From Gemmatimonadota bacterium (GTDB lineage: Bacteria; Gemmatimonadota; Gemmatimonadetes; Gemmatimonadales; GWC2-71-9): a stretch of 12,275 bases of DNA. The stretch spans positions 1-12,275 of the forward strand of contig JBDHHK010000071.1 of assembly GCA_039589395.1 (NCBI GenBank), given 5' to 3'. This document shows, in pieces, positions 7,883-12,275 of the stretch. Positions within the stretch are counted from its first letter, which is position 1; each line of letters starts with the position of its first letter. The notes below the pieces were generated by a model. The model was not told the DNA's origin. It searched no databases and was given only the letters and a program-made list of their open reading frames with translations. The position numbers and the translations under genes are program-made.

Positions 7883-8508
7883 GCCGCGCCCGCCTCGACC
7901 ACCTGGCCATCCTCCAAACGAATCATTCGTTGAGCGAACGCTCGTACCGCAGCCTCGTCGTGGCTCACGAGCACCACCGTGAGGTCGTATTCGCGGTTTA
8001 GGCGGTGCATGATCTCCAGGATTTCCTTGCTCGTTCGACTGTCGAGGTTGCCGGTCGGCTCGTCTGCGAGAAGAAGACGAGGTTGTTTGGCAAGCGCTCT
8101 CGCGATGGCAACACGCTGCTGCTCTCCCCCTGACAGCTCCGAAGGCAGATGGTCGGACCTGCGCTCGAGCCCAACCTGTTCGAGGGCTGCGTTTACTCGG
8201 GGCGTCCGTTCGGAAGACGGAACGTTCTGAAGCAATAGGGGCAGCTCTACGTTGCTGAAGGCGCTGTGCGCGGGAAGTAGGTGGAATGCCTGGAATACGA
8301 TTCCCACCGTGTTTCGACGATAGAGGGCCAAGCCGTGGCTGTCGAGCGAATCCAGACGGTGGCCCATGACCTCGAGGTGGCCCGACGACGGAGTGTCGAG
8401 GCCGCCAATCAAGTTGAGCAGCGTAGTCTTGCCAGAACCGCTCGTTCCCACGACGCCGAAGAACTCGCCGCCCTCAACGTCAAACGTCACCCCGTCCACC
8501 GCATGCAC
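7879..8508 (-). CDS. ABC transporter ATP-binding protein (MacB/LolD-type partner of the FtsX permease); 5' end uncertain
   Basis: Walker [10 protein letters not shown], signature [15 protein letters not shown], Walker [14 protein letters not shown]-loop SHD. Only a GTG at 8506-8508 is available as a canonical start. The in-frame upstream sequence (to the TGA at 8638-8640) encodes ...ATISAIRSSELKRHFQRGEHT, which is the conserved N-terminal strand and aromatic A-loop of ABC ATPases. The real protein therefore probably begins near 8554-8565 (ATA/ATC codons). Confidence 0.85.
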   Translation of the reverse strand: MHAVDGVTFDVEGGEFFGVVGTSGSGKTTLLNLIGGLDTPSSGHLEVMGHRLDSLDSHGLALYRRNTVGIVFQAFHLLPAHSAFSNVELPLLLQNVPSSERTPRVNAALEQVGLERRSDHLPSELSGGEQQRVAIARALAKQPRLLLADEPTGNLDSRTSKEILEIMHRLNREYDLTVVLVSHDEAAVRAFAQRMIRLEDGQVVEAGAA

Positions 8509-8720
8509 AGTATGTTCACCTCGTTGAAAGTGACGCTTCAGTTCTGAGCTGCGTATTGCAGAGATTGTCGCCCACCGCCTTTCGGAGTTTCTGGCGCAAT
8601 TGGGAAGCCTGCATTTATTACGAGCGTCTAATCTTGGTCACGACCCTCCAGTATTTCCAGAGATGCAATCCTCATTCCTTCCGTGCTTGCCGCCTCCCCG
8701 AAAAGCTATAGTGCACAGCC

Positions 8721-9011
8721 GTGTCGTTGAAATCTGCCGAGTTCCTCATTCTAGCAGCCCTCTGCGACGGGGAGTTGCACAGCAACGGCATCCAGCAGGC
8801 GGTTTACCGCAAAACAGACGGTGGTCTGGTTCTGCGTTCCACGGGGTTGTACGGATCGGTTCGCAAGTTGTCCGGCCAGGGTCTAGTTGAGACTGTCAAG
8901 AAACCGCACGACCAACCCGGCGGCACGGGCAGGCGGGCGTATTACAGGATCACGGAACTGGGGAGCGAGGTAGTGCAAGATGAGGCGGACGTGAGGGCAA
9001 AGGGTCGGTGA
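8721..9011 (+). CDS. PadR-family transcriptional regulator
   Basis: 96 aa. Winged-HTH pattern LILAALCDGELHSNGIQQAV...YRITELGSEVV (the YRLTxxG motif of PadR). GTG start at 8721, with an alternative TTG at 8727. It is divergent from the ABC ATPase gene across a 165-bp spacer. Confidence 0.8.
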   Translation: MSLKSAEFLILAALCDGELHSNGIQQAVYRKTDGGLVLRSTGLYGSVRKLSGQGLVETVKKPHDQPGGTGRRAYYRITELGSEVVQDEADVRAKGR

Positions 9012-9017
9012 GCCATT

Positions 9018-9428
9018 TCAACTAGTCGCGGAGAAGTAGTCCACGACAACCTGCTTGATCCGGGTGTAATGCTCATCTGTCGTCAATACTCGCAAACCGT
9101 GCTGCATTGCAGACGCCGCAATCCAAATGTCGTTCGTAGGGACCGGCGTGCCGGCACTCCACAACGAAGCGAGGATGATCGCGTATCGATTGGCCGACTC
9201 GTCGTCTATGGTGACGGTGTTAACCCGCGGAGATTCGAGGAAGGATAGGAGCTCCCGTTGGTATCTCGCTTGGTGTCCACCCCTCAAGAAGCCCGAGCGG
9301 AGCTCGGCGAGCACAACGGAATTGAGAATGATCTCGTCTGCCACCCGGATTGCGTTCACAATCTCCTGATTGCCGCGCATGAACGCAGAATAGGCAGACG
9401 TGTCAACCAAAATCCGCTTCATGGCCAA
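9018..9428 (-). CDS. vapC: VapC PIN-domain ribonuclease toxin (type II TA)
   Basis: 136 aa. The four PIN acidic residues are in canonical context: ILVDTSA, LAELRSG, TNDIWIAAS, TTDEHY. It overlaps the upstream antitoxin gene by 10 nt. Confidence 0.9.
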   Translation of the reverse strand: MAMKRILVDTSAYSAFMRGNQEIVNAIRVADEIILNSVVLAELRSGFLRGGHQARYQRELLSFLESPRVNTVTIDDESANRYAIILASLWSAGTPVPTNDIWIAASAMQHGLRVLTTDEHYTRIKQVVVDYFSATS

Positions 9429-9679
9429 AGGCCTGGATCGACGGCGCGCTGTTCCGCGAGGATCTGGTCGAACTCGTCAGCTCGATCGCTCGACCAACTG
9501 CCGGCGAGAGCGTCGAGCACTTCGTCATCGTCCTGCTGCCGCTTAGCCGATCCTATCCCGAGCCGCTCCTCGAGCAGGCTCACTACCGTCTTGGCCAGGC
9601 TCAATCCGGATTGCTGGGACCTCTGGCGCAGCTTGGCTGCAAGTTCCGGGGAAAGGTTTCTCAATGTTATGACTTTCAT
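9419..9679 (-). CDS. vapB: VapB-type ribbon-helix-helix antitoxin (FitA/Arc-like)
   Basis: 86 aa. N-terminus MKVITLRNLSPELAAKLRQRSQQSGLSLAKTVVSLLEE is the RHH beta-strand plus two helices. The C-terminal tail is acidic, as expected for toxin binding. It lies immediately upstream of and overlapping vapC. Confidence 0.8.
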   Translation of the reverse strand: MKVITLRNLSPELAAKLRQRSQQSGLSLAKTVVSLLEERLGIGSAKRQQDDDEVLDALAGSWSSDRADEFDQILAEQRAVDPGLWP

Positions 9680-9685
9680 AGCGCT

Positions 9686-9714
9686 GATGCATCACCTGTG
9701 CTTCAAGATGCATC
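9686..9714. promoter_or_regulatory. Two identical palindromic 8-mers GATGCATC (9686..9693 and 9707..9714), centres 21 bp apart; candidate VapB/VapBC operator
   Basis: Each 8-mer is its own reverse complement. Both lie within 35 bp 5' of the vapB start codon (9679). A third related TGATGCA copy occurs at 9857..9863. Confidence 0.4.
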
Positions 9715-9846
9715 AAGTTAGCATCATTGCCAAAGGGTAGCTACGTGCGCGCGCAGGTAGGCAAGGATAACTCCTGAACCGAAGCAGTTGGATACCAGAT
9801 TCGCGCATGGATCATCAGAAAATCGCGGCCTTCGGGAAAAGATCCC

Positions 9847-9886
9847 TTGACAATTTTGATGCAGATTGTACTATAACACTAGTACA
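9847..9886 (+). promoter_or_regulatory. Sigma70-like promoter TTGACA(9847-9852)-16 bp-TACTAT(9869-9874) overlapped by palindrome TGTACTA-N6-TAGTACA (9867..9886); candidate GntR autoregulatory operator
   Basis: The -35 hexamer is a perfect match and the -10 matches 4 of 6 positions, including A2 and T6. The 7-bp-arm palindrome has a GT...AC core typical of GntR-family operators and spans the -10 and the predicted transcription start. Confidence 0.4.
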
Positions 9887-9928
9887 CTATATAAACAGCT
9901 CACTCAACCTTTGAGAGACGCGCTGATA

Positions 9929-10306
9929 GTGGATCTGAGCATCGATACGAAAAGCGGAGTGCCTTTCTACCGGCAGATCATCGAGCAGGTGAAGTTCGCG
10001 ATTGCTCGGGGAGATTTGCAGTCGGGCGATCAACTCCCTACGGTCCGTCAGTTGGCCGTCGATCTCTCTATCAATCCCAATACTGTCATCCGAGCCTACC
10101 GCGAGCTGGAGATCAGCGGTGTGCTCGAAACGCATCAGGGGTCGGGAACCTTCGTCGGCCAGGAAAAACCCGAAGTCGATGCATTGGAACGACAGCGGAT
10201 GCTGGACCAGATACTCACCGAACTGTTGGCACGCGCCACGGGCTACGGACTTTCCCTCCACGATGTGCTCGAGGGCCTACGCCGCAGAGAGGAGATACGA
10301 TCATGA
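9929..10306 (+). CDS. GntR-family transcriptional regulator, YtrA-like (short C-terminal domain)
   Basis: HTH region PFYRQIIEQVKFAIARGDLQSGDQLPTVRQLAVDLSINPNTVIRAYRELEISGVLETHQGSGTFV is the GntR signature. The short remainder after the HTH fits the YtrA subfamily. The preferred start is GTG 9929 (VDLSIDTKSGVPFYRQI matches the usual N-terminus), whereas the ORF track begins at TTG 9866. The stop overlaps the next gene (ATGA). Confidence 0.85.
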   Translation: MDLSIDTKSGVPFYRQIIEQVKFAIARGDLQSGDQLPTVRQLAVDLSINPNTVIRAYRELEISGVLETHQGSGTFVGQEKPEVDALERQRMLDQILTELLARATGYGLSLHDVLEGLRRREEIRS

Positions 10307-11427
10307 TGTCTATGCTTGCAGGACGCCACAGCAACCCAAGCAGCCAGCGCCTGATGCACAAGAAGATCGCTTTGCTGAAGCGCGGTGACTTCCGCTTCGG
10401 CCCTCTCAACGTATTCCTGCTTGTGGTTCTCTTCGTGGCCGGGCTGATAGTTCATCTGAACGTTTACGAGGTAACGGTCGATGCCGTGTTGTTTGCCATT
10501 TGTTCGGCAATCGCGCTCTCGGTGATACTCAGCATCTTCCCGTTTTGGGAAATGGTGGTGATTCTGGCTGCCGGTGACGCTCTTTCGGCGTTTTGGCATC
10601 TAAGGCCTGACAGCGAGATCCTGATCATTACGGCGGTTGTCGCCTCGATCATAGCCCCTTCGATACAGATCGCTTTCCAGTGGGAGAAAGCCGTTCTACT
10701 CCGGTTCGGCAAGTTTCGCGGACTCCGCAAGTCAGGATTGTTCATCGTATTCCCGGTCATGGACAAGGTGACCCAGTTCGTAGACCAGCGCGTGAGGGTC
10801 ACCGACTTCAGCGCGGAAACAACGCTCACATCCGACACGGTACCGGTGAACGTCGACGCAATTGCGTTCTGGATGGTCTGGGATGCGCAGAAAGCAGTGC
10901 TCGAAGTCGAGCACTTCGCTGAGGCCATAGTGCTCTCAGCGCAAACGGCGCTCCGAAACGCGATAGGCATGAACGATCTCGCCGTGCTTCTGTCGGAACG
11001 GGAGAGGCTCGGCAAAGAAGTCCAAAGAGTGCTCGAGGAAAAAACGAGCGCTTGGGGAATCACCACTCAGGCGGTTGAGATCCGCGACATCGTGATCCCG
11101 AAAGGGCTCGAAGACGCAATGTCCCGGCAGGCGCAAGCGGAGCGTGAACGCCAGAGTCGAATCATACTGGGTACCGCCGAGGCCGAGATCGCCGAGAAGT
11201 TCGCCAAGGCGTCGGAACACTATCAGGACAACTCCGTGGCGCTTCACCTCCGCGCCATGAACATGGTATTCGAAGGACTAAAGCAGAAGGGCTCGATGAT
11301 CATAGTGCCCTCTACCGCCGTCGAGACAATGGGTCTCGGGGCGCTGGGCGGATTGACTGCGTTTGATCGCGGAGACGCTGCAAAGGCAGCTCAGGCGCCA
11401 CCCGAGAAAACAGCTTCTATGGAATAA
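10303..11427 (+). CDS. Stomatin/prohibitin-family (SPFH, band-7) membrane protein with an N-terminal polytopic (about 4 TM) extension
   Basis: 374 aa. Residues about 130-330 align by eye with stomatin ([11 protein letters not shown]..., [81 protein letters not shown]...). The N-terminal 120 aa contain several hydrophobic helices ([57 protein letters not shown]). Confidence 0.85.
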   Translation: MMSMLAGRHSNPSSQRLMHKKIALLKRGDFRFGPLNVFLLVVLFVAGLIVHLNVYEVTVDAVLFAICSAIALSVILSIFPFWEMVVILAAGDALSAFWHLRPDSEILIITAVVASIIAPSIQIAFQWEKAVLLRFGKFRGLRKSGLFIVFPVMDKVTQFVDQRVRVTDFSAETTLTSDTVPVNVDAIAFWMVWDAQKAVLEVEHFAEAIVLSAQTALRNAIGMNDLAVLLSERERLGKEVQRVLEEKTSAWGITTQAVEIRDIVIPKGLEDAMSRQAQAERERQSRIILGTAEAEIAEKFAKASEHYQDNSVALHLRAMNMVFEGLKQKGSMIIVPSTAVETMGLGALGGLTAFDRGDAAKAAQAPPEKTASME

Positions 11428-11429
11428 AC

Positions 11430-12275
11430 ATGCAAGCTACGAATCCAGACATCATCCTGAGTCTCAAAGCGCTCAGGAAGTCATACGGCGAGTTGGTCGC
11501 CGTGAAGGATCTGTCGTTGGATGTGCGACGGGGAGAGATACTCGGACTGCTAGGCCCAAACGGCGCAGGCAAGACAACCACGATTCACATGATTTGCGGT
11601 CTTCTTCGCAGCGATTCGGGCGAAGTGATTGTCAACGGTCGGTCACTGGAGGAGGACTATCGCGAATGCAAACAGATGATCGGTTTATGCCCGCAAGACC
11701 TGATTATATGGGAATCGCTGACCTGTTTGGAGCAGCTCGAGTTCGTGGGCCGGCAATATGACCTAGACCGGCAAACCGCGTGGAAGAAGGCGGATGCACT
11801 GCTCGAGGCGCTCGGATTGACGGGTGAGCGAAACAGGCTTGCGGCCACTCTTTCCGGGGGCATGAAGCGTAGGCTGAACATCGCCCTCGCGTTGGTGCAT
11901 GAACCGCAGATTCTGATACTCGACGAACCTCAGGCAGGCCTCGATCCACAGAGTCGCATTTTGGTCCGAGACTACGTCAAATCACTTCGCACCGACACTA
12001 CTGTGGTCCTCACAACGCACGACATGGATGAAGCGGACCGGCTGTCGGATCGTGTTGCAATCATCGATCACGGAGAACTTCTGGAACTCGACACCCCGGA
12101 TGGACTCAAGGCCCGGGTCGGTGCAGGTGACGTGCTCGGCATTCGGCTGTCGAATGGGCAGGAAAAGAAGTTGGGCCAGCTGCTGGGCGATCTTCCTGAC
12201 AGCCTCCGCAACTTGATTTGCCAGAATGGAATGTTGCGACTGGTTGCATCGGATACTTTGGACACGCTGCCCGCC
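11430..12275 (+). CDS. ABC transporter ATP-binding protein, ABC-2/DrrA-NatA-like (partial; continues past window end)
   Basis: Not in the ORF track because no stop falls in the window. My translation from ATG 11430 gives [51 protein letters not shown]... with signature [15 protein letters not shown], Walker [13 protein letters not shown] and H-loop TTHD. It starts 2 nt after the SPFH gene stop. Confidence 0.85.
   Translation, partial: MQATNPDIILSLKALRKSYGELVAVKDLSLDVRRGEILGLLGPNGAGKTTTIHMICGLLRSDSGEVIVNGRSLEEDYRECKQMIGLCPQDLIIWESLTCLEQLEFVGRQYDLDRQTAWKKADALLEALGLTGERNRLAATLSGGMKRRLNIALALVHEPQILILDEPQAGLDPQSRILVRDYVKSLRTDTTVVLTTHDMDEADRLSDRVAIIDHGELLELDTPDGLKARVGAGDVLGIRLSNGQEKKLGQLLGDLPDSLRNLICQNGMLRLVASDTLDTLPA

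Noticed and set aside
8281-8547. 88-aa plus-strand ORF, plus 7979..8230 (+), antisense to the ABC ATPase
   Set aside because: Antisense to a gene with unambiguous Walker A/B and signature motifs. No independent support.
9258-9740. 160-aa plus-strand ORF spanning vapBC, and 9887..10261 (-), 10002..10388 (+), 10464..11066 (-), 10936..11247 (-) within the GntR/SPFH genes
   Set aside because: All are antisense or alternative-frame to genes with clear family motifs. These are artefacts of high GC content.
1-12275. Mobile-element or genomic-island hallmarks (integrase, transposase, tRNA attachment site, long terminal inverted or direct repeats)
   Set aside because: None is recognisable in any frame. 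The only accessory-like element is the vapBC pair, so the window is treated as chromosomal backbone with small insertions.

Overview
High-GC (about 58-60%) bacterial chromosomal segment, gene-dense, with no rRNA, tRNA, CRISPR array, transposase or integrase recognisable. Contents in order along the window. (1) A class-I PLP aminotransferase gene (+). (2) A minus-strand two-gene module that looks like a split methionine synthase: an AdoMet-binding reactivation-domain gene overlapping by 11 nt a stand-alone homocysteine S-methyltransferase-domain gene, with no B12 or pterin module in the window. (3) A 33-codon Arg/Lys-rich ORF (bS22-like basic peptide) that is too short for the ORF track, followed by a GTGAGTAG-based imperfect inverted repeat. 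(4) A minus-strand cluster: TolB-like PD40 beta-propeller lipoprotein, an 8-bp tandem repeat (CGTCCGCC x about 9) in its upstream region, an esterase-family lipoprotein, a MacB/FtsX-type ABC permease and its ATPase, plus a divergent PadR regulator. The ATPase has no canonical start codon for its conserved N-terminus. (5) A vapBC type II toxin-antitoxin pair with paired GATGCATC palindromes at its 5' end. (6) A plus-strand operon: YtrA-like GntR regulator (with sigma70-like promoter and palindromic operator), an unusual polytopic stomatin/SPFH protein, and an ABC-2-type ATPase that runs off the window end. Several ORF-track entries are antisense or repeat-translation artefacts and are rejected. 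Every functional call rests on motif recognition by eye; no searches were run.
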